Below, piece after piece: positions 1-11,803 of a stretch of DNA of 64,000 nucleotides. Numbering within the stretch: position 1 is the stretch's first letter; every line of letters begins with the position of its first letter. Source of the DNA: an uncultured Chloroflexia bacterium (GTDB lineage Bacteria > Chloroflexota > Anaerolineae > CG2-30-64-16). Position numbers and translations under genes: made by a program. Location: assembly GCA_963810095.1 (NCBI GenBank), contig CAWEMM010000007.1, positions 224,001 to 288,000 on the forward strand, given 5' to 3'. The notes beneath the pieces were generated by a model that did not search any database, was not told where the DNA came from, and was given only the letters and a program-made list of their open reading frames with translations.

Positions 1-3000
1 AGGTCGGGATGGAAGCCGGCCGGCTCGGTCATCTTCAACGCGAGGTTCTGGAGCGCGTTGAGGTGCAGCAGGGCGGTCCGGCTGTCGGGCGGCAGGGTCA
101 TGAACGCCGGGTTGAGTTCCCGCACGATCCGGCTCTGGCTCAGCGGCAGCACGCGGGCGCCGCCTGCGCCGTTGCCGTTGCCGTTGCTGCCCAGCCGCAG
201 CCAAAGCTCGGTCGATTCCTGGCCGGTGGCCGGATCGACGAAGAGGTCCTCGAAGACCAGGCCGTATGCGGCCGCGAGCGCGTAGGCTCGCACCTTGTCG
301 GGGTTGCCCATCGCGATGACCAGCTCGGGCGCCAGCATGCGCTGCTGGTTGCTCGTCTCGCCCAGGGTCGGGATCTGCTGCTCGAGCTCGGTCGCATACT
401 GCTCTTCGGGCAGGATGTGGATGCTCTCGCGGCCCCGGTTCACCTTGCTGCGGTACTCGGGCTCGCAGTGCACGAAGGGCTCGACCGCGGCCAGGTTGAC
501 GCCCCGGCTAATCTCCATGATGGTGCAGGCGACGAGGCTCTCGGCCGACGCGTCGACGTTGAACCCTTGGTTGCGCAGCGTCTCGCGGGTGTCGGCCAGG
601 AACTGGCGCGCCACGTCGTCGCGGGCGCCCTCGAGGTTGAACGACACGTAGCGCTCGACAAACGGCGCCAGGTCATTCCGGGCCGGGTTGTAGCGCAGGA
701 ACGGCTCTTCCACCTGCAGACAGCGGTTTGTGAACTGGGCGTGATTGGGAAACTCGGACGACAGCCGCTCGGCAACGGTTACGTTCCGCCGCACGACCTG
801 GAAGAGATCCTTGACGCCCGCGAGCCAGGTCGCCGCGATCTGCTCCGCGCCGCTGGCCTGCTCGCCCCATGTGGATACGATCTTGTAGTCGAGCGGGCGC
901 AGTTCGGCCAGCCGCTGCCACTCGAGCCCTTTTTGCGCGCTGCCGTCCGCAGAAGTGCCGACCTGGCCCATCACGCGCGAGGCGATGGCGGGCAGGTGTT
1001 CCGGATGGCGGTACAGCTCATCCTCGAACTGCGGGCTGGTCAGGTAGTTGCGCACGCGCACGCGCTTCTCGGCCCGATTCGCCTCGTGCGTGCGAATGCG
1101 CGCCTGCACGATCCGGTCCACCTCCGCGAAGGTCAGCTCCCAGTTTTCGATTTCGCCAAGCGCGAGGTCCAACACGCTGCGCTGCCCGTCATTGCGGCCG
1201 CTGCTCGCGCTCGGCTGCGCCCAGCGAATCGAGCACGTCCATGACCGTGCGATAGATGCGCTGGTGCAGCGTGAGGGCCATGCGCTCCTGGAACTGGCCC
1301 GAGAACGCCTCCTGGGCCTGGCGCGGGCGCGTCCACAGGGGGGGCATGTACCGATCGCCGCGGGTCTCGCTCATCCAGGTGATGGCGTTTCGCACCTCTT
1401 CGCCCACCTGGCGGATGCGCGTCTCGACCTGTTGGTCGGCCCACTCCTTTTCTAAGACCGCCTTGAACCGGATGAGCGTGTCCTTCAACGCCTCGACCAG
1501 GGCCCGGGCGTAGGGCAGGCGCGAAGGGAGCAGCCGGCGACCCCCAGCACCGGCTGGGGCCTCGTCGCGGCGGTTCAGCGTATCGAGCAACTCCGCGTCG
1601 AGCGCCTCGGCGAAGCGGGCGCGCAAGGCCACCCGGTACTGGCCGAGGATGGCGTCCCACTCGCCGCCCGAGCGTGAATCAGGATCGTCCGGATCGATCT
1701 GCGGGCCCAGGTAGTCGTCGAGGAATTGGTCCGCGAAGTTGAGCAAACGGGTCGAGCCCTCGTCAAAGGTTTCCTTCTTGTAGTCGCCGTCCCGAGTCAG
1801 CACCAGGTTGCCGGCGAGGTACTCCAGCGAACCGCTCAGGTTCGCGTAGTGCTCCGCGAAGCCGCTGTCCGAGAGGCTGAGCATGCCGAACAGCCCCTGC
1901 CAGCTCATGTCGACCCGTTCGGGGTTGATGCGCCGGGTGCCCGCCACCGCCTTCTGCAGCACGTTCGGGTTCGGCCGCCCCGCCACCGAGGAGGTGCTGA
2001 AGATTTTTTCGACCTCGTTGACAGCCTCGATGCGCACCTGCCCCCGCCGCTTCTCGTCCGTGATGGGCAGGTACTCGCGCGCCAGCAGCTCACGCACGAA
2101 GCGATACGAGTAACCCTCGATCACGTCGTCGACCGGGAAGATGTAGGTCATGACGTTGAAACCGCTATACATGCGCCCCGTTGTCTTGTCATAATGCAAG
2201 CCGGCGTTGGAGCGCAAGGTGGCCAGCGCGTCGCCCAGGCTGTTGTCCACATGCGCGGCCACGAAGTCGGCCACCATGGGGAACACGCCCTTCATCGGGT
2301 CGCCGGCCAGGTCGAAATCCTGGCCCGTGCTGCGCGAGGCGGTGTCGACCAGGTAACAGTGATCGAACGGCTGGTTGGTGCTCCAGGTGATCGACTGCTC
2401 GCTCTCCGCATAGCGCACCATGTAGGGCAGGAAGCTCGAATGGACCCGCATGAACCGGTCCAACTCGCGCAGCGCAGCGTAGGAGTTCGGCTTGAGATTG
2501 GTCGGGTCGTCCATAAACCGGGCGTACTGGGCGAACGCGTCGGGCATGACGATGATGCCGGACACCGAGACCGACTGCCAGTTCTGGTTCGACATCACCG
2601 CGTGCCGGACCAGGTTGGCGAGATCGATCATCATGCCCGAGCCCGTGCCGCCCGCGACCGAGCCGATGATGAAGATGAGCCGCTTGCCTTTCTCGACGTC
2701 TTCTGCCCGCTGGAACGCCGGCGCCTCCCGGTCAGCCTGGCCGTACATACGCCCGATTGCCTCGATGAGGGTCTGGTAGATCGGATTTGCATAGCGAAGA
2801 AAGAAAGCGGTGCGGCCGATGGGGCGGCGCTGCTGCGCACCCCCACGAACATCCCGCTCGGCCGGTCCCAGCATCCGGTCGAGTTTCTCGTGTTCGAGCC
2901 AGTTCATGTACGCGGCCGTCTTGCCCGTGCGGATGTCGGCAAAGACCGCGTCCATCGTCATCCCGCCCGGGCTGACGATGTGCTGGAACTCGGGCAGGCG

Positions 3001-3210
3001 CGTGCGGCGCCCTGCGCCGGCATCGTCAAACGCAGGGTTGAGCTGGGCGCCGGCGAAGCGGTCGATGTCGCGCAGGCCGTCCGTGTCGTACGACAGCAGG
3101 ACCACGCCCTCGGGCACTTGCCCGTATGCTTCTTCCAGGCGTTCCTTCAAGATGGTCAGCGCGGCCTTGCCTGATCCGCCTACGCCGATTGCCAATACTC
3201 GTTTCGCCAT
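1..3210 (-). CDS. Tubulin/FtsZ-like GTPase (Tubulin_2 / FtsZl1-type) with long helical C-terminal region; frameshift at ~1200; runs off window start
   Basis: ORF 1189-3210 has GVGGSG (T1), GAQQRRPIGR, GSVAGGTGSG (tubulin signature) and NSYAALREL; an alternative frame continues open from ~1200 to base 1 (…LALGEIENWELTFAEVDRIVQ…). Confidence 0.85.
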
Positions 3211-3238
3211 AACAGACAGTTACTCCTGTATGTTTCCG

Positions 3239-3299
3239 GTAGGGGTGAGGCATGCGGGCTTGCCGGCCGAGCCGGCAAGCCCGCATGCCTCACCCCTAC
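3239..3299. repeat. REP-like perfect inverted repeat (29-bp arms, GTAG-type)
   Basis: GTAGGGGTGAGGCATGCGGGCTTGCCGGC-CGA-GCCGGCAAGCCCGCATGCCTCACCCCTAC. Confidence 0.85.
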
Positions 3300-3316
3300 A
3301 ACAGGGGCTTTGCGCC

Positions 3317-5735
3317 CTATCTCAATTGTTTCGGATCGGTCGAAAACTTCAATACGATTCCGTTCCCGCCTGAAGCGGTGTGCATCGACGGGATATCCCG
3401 GATTTGGAACAACTGCGGACCGGACGGCCCGCGCAGGACGGTTGAGACGCTGCCCCGGCGCTCGACGCGCAGCTCGACTGGCTCCATGCCCTGCACCTGC
3501 AGCAAGCCCTTGCTCCCGATGGTAATCGTGCTCTTGCGGGCCGCCTGGCCCAGGCTGCGCAGCGACTTGTAGGACCCTTCGGCCTTGCCGTTGCGGTAGA
3601 CCTGTACATACCCGGCAGGCGGCTGGCGCACGGTGGCCACCAACGCGGCCGGCGCGACATAGAATCCCAGGAACGCCAGCAGGCCCGCGCCGGCCAGCGC
3701 ACCGGCCACCTTGGCCGCCAGCGGCGGCGGGCACCCGCTGGAGCCGCCCCACGGTGCAAAGGCCCAGCCCGCTTCGTCGACGCACTGATCGCTCAGATCG
3801 TTCACGCCGTCGCCGTCCGAGTCCGGAACGGGCGTCGGCGCGGGCGTCGGGGTCGGACGGGGAGTTGGGGTGAGGGTCGCCGTCGGCACCGGCGTCGGTG
3901 TGCAAGCGACCGCGGCGACCTGGACCGGCACGTCACGCTCGAGGGGCTGGACCCCGCCGGCGAACGTCACCCGTACCCGCATGCTCGTCTCGACGCTGCT
4001 GCCACAAGACAGGGCCGCGGCCAGCGCCTCGCACAGGGGCCCGACGGAGGCGGAGAATGCGCCGCTCTCGCCCGGAGTAAGCGCGGCCTCCCGGCCGCCG
4101 GCAAATACGCTGGCGCGGACTGCGGCCAGTTGTCCGGCATCCAGCCCGCCGAGCGTGATGCTCAGATCGGAGGCGCACCGCCCGTGGCCGAGCACTGGAT
4201 CGCTGCGGGGACGACCGCATCGATGAACCCTGCCCGCCGGATATCAAGCAGCAGCTCGGCCCGCGCGACCGGGAACGTACCACCCGACGGGTCGCCCACG
4301 TTGCCCGCCTCCACCGCGAACGCATAGCGTCCCTCGACGCCCACGCCCTCGTACGGAATCGTGTACACGCCCTGAGCATCCGGTCGGAGGTCGGCGGCCA
4401 CAGGAACCTGCCCCGTGCTCCCGTCCGGGTTCGTAACGGTGACCAGAAGCGGCTGAGGGGCGGTAATGGGCTCCCTGCTCGCATTGTCGAGAAGCTGCAG
4501 GCGGAGATTGAAGGGCTGGCCCAGGCCGTGCGGCCGGTCGACCAGGAACTGGCCCGGTACTGCAGTTGGGCTCGCGGCCGGCTCGACGAACGCAACCCGG
4601 TACGACCCCTCCATGTCGATGTGCACGATGACCGGTTCGCTCGACGTGATTTTCCAGGCGGCATCGCGGGGTGCGGCATCGAGACGGCTGCGGCCAATCG
4701 CCACGATCTGCACCGGGCTCTCCTGCCCCTGGAAGAACTGCGTGTCGGGGTCGCCCGCGGCGACGCGCACGCCTGCCGGGTCGGTGACGGCGATATCCGC
4801 CGGCGGCGTGCCACGCTCGCGTGTGAAGGTGAGGACCACCCGCTGGATATAGCGGCTGACGAACACTTCGAGCGTTTGGCCCGGTGCCAGGCTCAGGGGC
4901 GGCCGGGCCACGCTGTTTCCAGCCGCGCCACGATCTCGTCGTAGGTCCGTTCGATCTCCTCCGTGCTGTTGACCGGGTAGGAGCGTACGAAATTGTGGCG
5001 CAGCCCCATCTCGTCCCAGAAGCGGATATAGCGCTCGTAGGTCGCGGTCGCGGGCGCAGCCTGCTGGCGGTTCTGCAGCAGGATTACGAATAGGGGCACG
5101 TCGGGGTTGGCCGCGACCAGGCGCTCGATATCCTCGTTGCTCTGCCCACCCGCTGGGAAGGGCGCACCGTCGGTCAGCAGCACCACGGCGGGGAGGTTGC
5201 CCGGCCGGCGATTGGGCGACTCGCGCAGCTCGCGATAGGCCATTTCGAGCGCAGGCACGATCTGTGTCGCCAGCTTTGGCTGCGGGTTGCTGATCGCCCG
5301 GGCGAGAGCGTCCCGCGCCTGGTCCAGCCCGGTCAGCGGGCTGACAAGCTCGGGCGGGTTGTCACCCAGGCTCACCACGCCCAATTGGTAATCTCCGGCC
5401 GCCGGCAGCGCGAAGCCGGTGCGGGCGATGAAGAGCGACGCGCCGGTAATCCGCAGGAAGTTCGGGTCGTTGCCCCACACCTCGCAGCCGGGGATGCGCT
5501 GGCTCGCCGGGAACATGCTGCACGAGTTGTCGATGACGAGCATGACGTCCAGCGCCTGGCCGTTGGGCGCGCCGGTCTGGGCATGCGCGACGGGTACGCC
5601 CCCGCCAAGCACGAAGGCGAGCAGCGCAAAGGCAGTGAGAACCGCGGTGCCTATGTTGTTGCGAAGCATCCTGAGCGGGCGCCGGGGGAGCCGGCGCAGA
5701 GTCGAAGGATGCGGCGCGGTTCGGGATTGCTTCAT
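3317..5735 (-). CDS. Membrane-anchored vWA-domain protein (signal/TM, vWA, beta-rich stalk, PT linker, TSP3-like Ca motif, TM, cytoplasmic domain); two frameshifts (~4900, ~4190)
   Basis: MIDAS DNSCS…T…LLTDG in ORF 4893-5735; overlapping ORFs 4162-4911 and 3317-4195 continue it; DSDGDGVNDLSDQC followed by a hydrophobic helix. Confidence 0.75.
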
Positions 5736-5741
5736 ATGCGT

Positions 5742-7109
5742 CTACTCATTGACTTCCACGATCGCGTCGACCGCCTGTACGGGCTCGCCGGCAGTCCCCG
5801 ACTCCACCCAGAGCCAGACGTGGTACAGGCCGGGCCGTGCATCCTTAGGCAGGGTGAACTCGGAGACGAACCGGCCGTTGGCGTCGGTGCGGACCGGCGG
5901 CACAGAGAGATGTTCGGCCGGGCTCTTGTACGTGCCCGTTTGATTCAGTTGTTCCAGCGTGAGCGGCGCCGGGAAAGGCTGATAGGCCAGGTTGACCAGC
6001 GGGTTGGTGCTGCCCGAGAGCAGCGCGCCGCGCAGCACCAGCCGGTCGCCCGGTTGCGCCCGTCGCGGCAAGGGCTCGATTGTCACGTAGCGGTTGACGA
6101 ACTCCTGGGACATCGCGACGTTGCCGGTCGCGGGGTTGTAGGCAACTCCGATCCCCACGTGTGTGTGCTCGGGCGCGAGGATGTTAGCCCGGTGCCCTGG
6201 GCTGTTCATCCAGGCAGTCTGCGCGTCGGCCACCACCTGCTCCCAATCGTCGATGGGTGCGCCCCGGCCGTCTTGCCACTGATGCACCAGGCGGTAGACG
6301 TTCTCCTGTGACATGTCGAGCCCGCCGGCCCGACTGTAGCGGTATTCCGGCCCATAGCCGTCCATGTTCCAATGGCTCATGTAGCCAAACTGTGCCATCT
6401 CCTCGCTGTGCTTCTGGCCCGCGGCCGCGGCCGTGGTGTCCCATGCGACGGGGCGCAACCCGTTGGCCTGCCGGTCCGCGTTCACCAGGTCGAGCATGCG
6501 CTGGGCCAGGGCCGCCAGATCTGGCGCGTCGGGCGAGGCGCCGGTGGCAACTGCAGGTCGTGTGGGAGTGGGGGGAGCGGGCGTGGCGGACGAGGATGCG
6601 GCCCGAGTCGGCCGGGGCGCCGCAACTGCAGGCGTTGCGGGGCCGGGCGGAGCCGGTCGCGGCGACGTAGCGGCAGGCGCATCCGAGGCCCTTGCAGGCG
6701 GGCTGGCCGCCTGCGTCGGATTGCCGCGCGCCGGCGCCCCGGTCGCGGTCACCGCGGCGAGCGGCGCGGTGGTTTGCTGGGCGCCGGGCACGGCGCCGGT
6801 CGACACCAGCGGCAAGGTCGCCGTCGGGGTGGCGGCAGGCTCGGGCGTGTCGGCATCGCCTGCCGCGAGCGCGGGCGCTGCGACAGCAGGTACTGCCGCG
6901 GCCTGCGTCTGGCGCGACTGCCAGACCAGGAAACTGCCGGCCGCCAGGACGACCAGGATGAGCGCGAGAACGAGAATCGGACCTGGGTTTGGGCCCGAGC
7001 GGCGCGGCGGCCGTCCGGATTGCACCAACCGCCCGCCGGGTGGCGTGCGCCGGGGCGCGGTTCGCACGGGCGCACGGCGGGGCGACGGTTTTTGGGTTGA
7101 CCTGAGCAT
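5742..7109 (-). CDS. CAP (SCP/PR-1) domain protein with N-terminal TM and Pro/Ala linker
   Basis: LVNADRQANGL…HSEEM…WMNSPGHRANIL…HVGIG CAP motifs. Confidence 0.9.
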   Translation of the reverse strand: MLRSTQKPSPRRAPVRTAPRRTPPGGRLVQSGRPPRRSGPNPGPILVLALILVVLAAGSFLVWQSRQTQAAAVPAVAAPALAAGDADTPEPAATPTATLPLVSTGAVPGAQQTTAPLAAVTATGAPARGNPTQAASPPARASDAPAATSPRPAPPGPATPAVAAPRPTRAASSSATPAPPTPTRPAVATGASPDAPDLAALAQRMLDLVNADRQANGLRPVAWDTTAAAAGQKHSEEMAQFGYMSHWNMDGYGPEYRYSRAGGLDMSQENVYRLVHQWQDGRGAPIDDWEQVVADAQTAWMNSPGHRANILAPEHTHVGIGVAYNPATGNVAMSQEFVNRYVTIEPLPRRAQPGDRLVLRGALLSGSTNPLVNLAYQPFPAPLTLEQLNQTGTYKSPAEHLSVPPVRTDANGRFVSEFTLPKDARPGLYHVWLWVESGTAGEPVQAVDAIVEVNE

Positions 7110-7282
7110 GGCGTCTCTTCAGCGCGAAGCAAGAGCTTCGCGTAGTGATTTCTCAGCAGAAGTCATCCTACCATAACACAGGTCTGTTTGGAAATGATGA
7201 AGAACGCAGAAATTGGATTAATAAATGATGAGAAGATGGTTAAGACCCGAGTTGCAGGGGCCGGGTGTGAGTTGCGGAAAGC

Positions 7283-7798
7283 TTAGGGGTAACCGGCGGA
7301 GTCCCGTGCCGGCCGCCGCGTCGCCCAGACGGTAAAGCGCACGGTCCAGATTGCCGCATAGAGGCCATAGAGGATGAACAAGAGTAGGAGTGCTTGCGAA
7401 TCGAGCGGACCGCTGGAAAGTGCCGCGAGGATCGTCAGCTGGGTAATGCCGATCAAGAGGGCAATTGTGGCCGCGCCTAGCCATTCCATTTGCCGCTGTA
7501 ACGCGTTCATCGTCTCCGTGCGCTTCTCGGGCGCCAGCCAGTAGTCCTTGCGCGGCATGTTGATCCAGTCGTTGGGGATCTTGCGTATCGCCCGGGGGAG
7601 CACGAGAAACAAGATGGCCATGCCGAGGATAGCGGCAAAATTGATCAGGAGGTACTGCGTTTTCGGCGTCGACTCATCGGGCTGGCCCGCGTCGCCGAAG
7701 TGCGTCGGCATCGGATCGGGCAGCAGGGGCGCGTAGTGGACGCTCTGCAATGCGGCGAGGAGCACGAGCAGGATGATTACGTAGCGCGACGCGCTCAC
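7283..7798 (-). CDS. DUF1648/SdpI-like membrane protein
   Basis: LPDPMPTHF…G.PD motif; four hydrophobic segments. Confidence 0.75.
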   Translation of the reverse strand: MSASRYVIILLVLLAALQSVHYAPLLPDPMPTHFGDAGQPDESTPKTQYLLINFAAILGMAILFLVLPRAIRKIPNDWINMPRKDYWLAPEKRTETMNALQRQMEWLGAATIALLIGITQLTILAALSSGPLDSQALLLLFILYGLYAAIWTVRFTVWATRRPARDSAGYP

Positions 7799-7920
7799 GG
7801 CCAGGGCCTCCGGGGAAAGGCTTGTAGGGAGAATGCAATCCGCTGGATTCTATCATGCAAGCCGCCGCGAGGCTACTCGGGACAGGTTGGGCCGGCGTTC
7901 CAACTCCGGCCCTTTCCGGG

Positions 7921-8035
7921 GCTTCAACGGAGGGTCAGCCTGCAAGCCGACCGGCACAAGCCTCCGGCCCGCGGGGTGGCAGGACGCGGCCGGCCGCCGG
8001 ACGTGGAGGGTTGCCCCACACCCGGCGGCCGGCAT
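7921..8035 (-). CRISPR. Orphan degenerate CRISPR-like repeat-spacer-repeat (putative)
   Basis: 37-nt unit 7921-7957 reads GTGCCGGTCGGCTTGCAGGCTGACCCTCCGTTGAAGC on the minus strand (7-bp hairpin, TTGAAGC end); a degenerate copy at 7997-8035 shares GGAGGGT…CCGGCA and a hairpin; 39 nt between them. Confidence 0.35.
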
Positions 8036-8139
8036 ATCGCAGAGGCGCGCCGGTCAGCGCTTCATGTCGCGGTGCTGGAAGTCCGGGTTCGTGTGCGCTT
8101 CGGGCTCCAGGTCGAACTGCCGCTTGCTGCCACCTGGCG

Positions 8140-8423
8140 CATTTCCGGGATACGATGGCGAGGTCCTGGCATTGCATGTGCGACGCGAAGCTCAAGGTCG
8201 GGGGGTAGGCGGGGCGCTCTTGCGAGCGGCCGTGCGCGAGCTGGCCGATGCAGGGGCCAGTTCCGTGATGCTCTGGACCCTGGCTGGCAACCCGGTTCGG
8301 CAGTGGTACGACGGGCTCGGCGGCCAGATTCTCGCCGAAAAGCGTGACGACGTTGACGGGCGGGAGGTCGTCTAAGTGGCCTACGGCTGGCCGGACATCC
8401 GTGCCCTGTTTGTGCAATTGTAG
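8140..8423 (+). pseudogene. GNAT acetyltransferase C-terminal remnant with in-frame stop
   Basis: YDGEVLALHV…QGRGVGGALL…WYDGLGG; TAA at 8373-8375 interrupts …VV*VAYGWPDI…; no recognisable N-terminal half. Confidence 0.65.
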
Positions 8424-8475
8424 CTTAAATTACTGATACAACTTTAAATTGGGCGCGCCAATTGCGCTTCACGAG

Positions 8476-8484
8476 TGCTATAAT
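8476..8484 (+). promoter_or_regulatory. Extended -10 promoter (TGnTATAAT) upstream of small ORF
   Basis: TGCTATAAT in an AT-rich patch ~105 nt before the ATG at 8591. Confidence 0.6.
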
Positions 8485-8590
8485 AGTACAGAACCCTCCG
8501 CCGGAGATTCCCTGCGGAGCGCTCGGTCCGTCGTGTTAGCAGGCGGCCTCGGCGCCGGCCTCTGTTGCCGGCCTGAAAGGAGCGGAGACC

Positions 8591-8716
8591 ATGGATCCCA
8601 AGGCACTCGCAGAGGCATTGGTTGCCGTAGGAGCCACGCCAGTCATTTCGATCGGCATGGCGTTGGTCGTGGTTGCCGGCATTGTCGCACTCGCTAAGAA
8701 GCTGTACCGGCAATAG
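8591..8716 (+). CDS. 41-aa single-pass membrane peptide (inovirus major-coat-like or type I toxin-like)
   Basis: RBS GAAAGGAG; MDPKALAEALVAVGATPVISIGMALVVVAGIVALAKKLYRQ*; below the ORF-track cutoff. Confidence 0.7.
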   Translation: MDPKALAEALVAVGATPVISIGMALVVVAGIVALAKKLYRQ

Positions 8717-8798
8717 ATGAGGGGCCCGCAGGGGTAACGGGGCCACGGCCGCAGGCGTGCGGCTGACGCGGTCAGATGTGCGCGGGGCTCACGGTCCG

Positions 8799-9359
8799 TT
8801 AGCGCCCGATCCACCATGCCAGCGCCGCGGCGCCCAGGAAGGCCACCCCGAGCACGCCCGTCACGAGCGTCCAGGTCCACAGCGCGGACGTCCCACCGCG
8901 CGAGTCCATGCGCGCGTCCATAGGGTTCTGGCTGTCGTACAGCACGGTGACGAGATCGCCCACCCGGTGGCTGGGCGGCCAGCTGCCCTCGGCCAGCGGC
9001 ACGTTGTACCGCCCCCCGTCGGGCACGTCAAACGCCACCCTCGGGTAATAGAAGCTGTTTGCGTTCTCGTCCTTCCGCTCGATTAACTCGGTCACCTGGC
9101 CCAGTGCGCGCTGCTCGCGCGCGAGCTTCCGGCTCGTGCTGATGCCCGTCAACACCGCGACGACGACCATCAGCACCGCGATGCCGAGGAAGACGAAGAG
9201 GAGGACCCGCGTCAGGGTCCGTCCGCTTTCCTCGAGCTCCCGGCTCTCACGCTCGAACTCGGCGTCAAACGACGCGTCGAGCGCCGCCGCGCTCTGGCCC
9301 CCTTGCGAGCTCCGCCTTGTCGACCGCTTGCGTTTCCGTGTTCCAGACCCCATATTCAC
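8799..9359 (-). CDS. DUF3592-like membrane protein
   Basis: TM…YYPRVAF…VGDLVTVLYDSQNP…TM. Confidence 0.75.
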   Translation of the reverse strand: MNMGSGTRKRKRSTRRSSQGGQSAAALDASFDAEFERESRELEESGRTLTRVLLFVFLGIAVLMVVVAVLTGISTSRKLAREQRALGQVTELIERKDENANSFYYPRVAFDVPDGGRYNVPLAEGSWPPSHRVGDLVTVLYDSQNPMDARMDSRGGTSALWTWTLVTGVLGVAFLGAAALAWWIGR

Positions 9360-9473
9360 CCCTGCGCTGCGTCATTGACGCATTCTCGCTCTGCCCGTAT
9401 AATGCGCCTGTAACCAACCGCACTATTGCGAGTCGCGGCTCACCGGCCGCGATTGACAGAGGCCTATCATACC

Positions 9474-11174
<1,701 letters not shown>

Positions 11175-11228
11175 CGTCGGGTCGATGATCGAACTGATTC
11201 TCGCGATCGTTCTCTGCAGATCATCGAA

Positions 11229-11259
11229 GATCAGTTAAATCGGTTCAATCTGCGTCCCA
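11229..11259 (+). repeat. Dispersed intergenic repeat copy (9-nt periodic ATCAGT…AATCTGCGTCCCA)
   Basis: Similar to 24683-24713. Confidence 0.5.
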
Positions 11260-11286
11260 TTCACCCTCTCATCAAGGAAGGTACTC

Positions 11287-11754
11287 ATGAAGGGCAACGA
11301 CGAAGTTCTCGCATCGCTCAATTTCCTGCTCGCCGACGAACTCACGGCGATCAACCAGTACATGGTCCACTCCGAGATGTGCGCCAACTGGGGTTACGGC
11401 GAGCTCCACGAGTATATCGAGAAGCGCGCGATCACCGAGATGCGCCACGCCGAGAAGCTGATCGGGCGGATTATTTTTCTGAACGGCAAACCGGTCGTCA
11501 GCGATCTGCATCCCTTGCACATCGGCGGGGACGTCACCGACCAGCTCAAGCATGACCTGGACGCGGAACTCGGCGCGGTCGTGGCCTACAACAGGGCCAT
11601 CCGCCAGGCGGTCGAGGTGGGCGACAACGGCACACGGGCGATCCTCGAAGGCATCCTTCACGACGAAGAGGAGCATGTCGACTGGATCGAGACCCAGCTC
11701 GACCAGATCGAGCAGATGGGCATCCAGACCTATCTCGTCGAGCAAGTGGGATAA
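11287..11754 (+). CDS. bfr: Bacterioferritin
   Basis: MKG…ELTAINQY…EMRHAE (heme Met kept)…EEEHVDW. Confidence 0.95.
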   Translation: MKGNDEVLASLNFLLADELTAINQYMVHSEMCANWGYGELHEYIEKRAITEMRHAEKLIGRIIFLNGKPVVSDLHPLHIGGDVTDQLKHDLDAELGAVVAYNRAIRQAVEVGDNGTRAILEGILHDEEEHVDWIETQLDQIEQMGIQTYLVEQVG

Positions 11755-11767
11755 CGGGCAAAACGCG

Positions 11768-11797
11768 AAGGCCGGGCGGACGTCCGCCCGGCCTTTT
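11768..11797. terminator. Rho-independent terminator between convergent genes
   Basis: AAGGCCGGGCGGAC/GTCCGCCCGGCCTT hairpin followed by T-run. Confidence 0.75.
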
Positions 11798-11803
11798 GTC
11801 GTC

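Noticed and set aside
7833-8375. 180-aa ORF as an intact GNAT gene
   Set aside because: The N-terminal 100 aa is non-coding-like and overlaps the repeat-like element and an opposite-strand gene tail.
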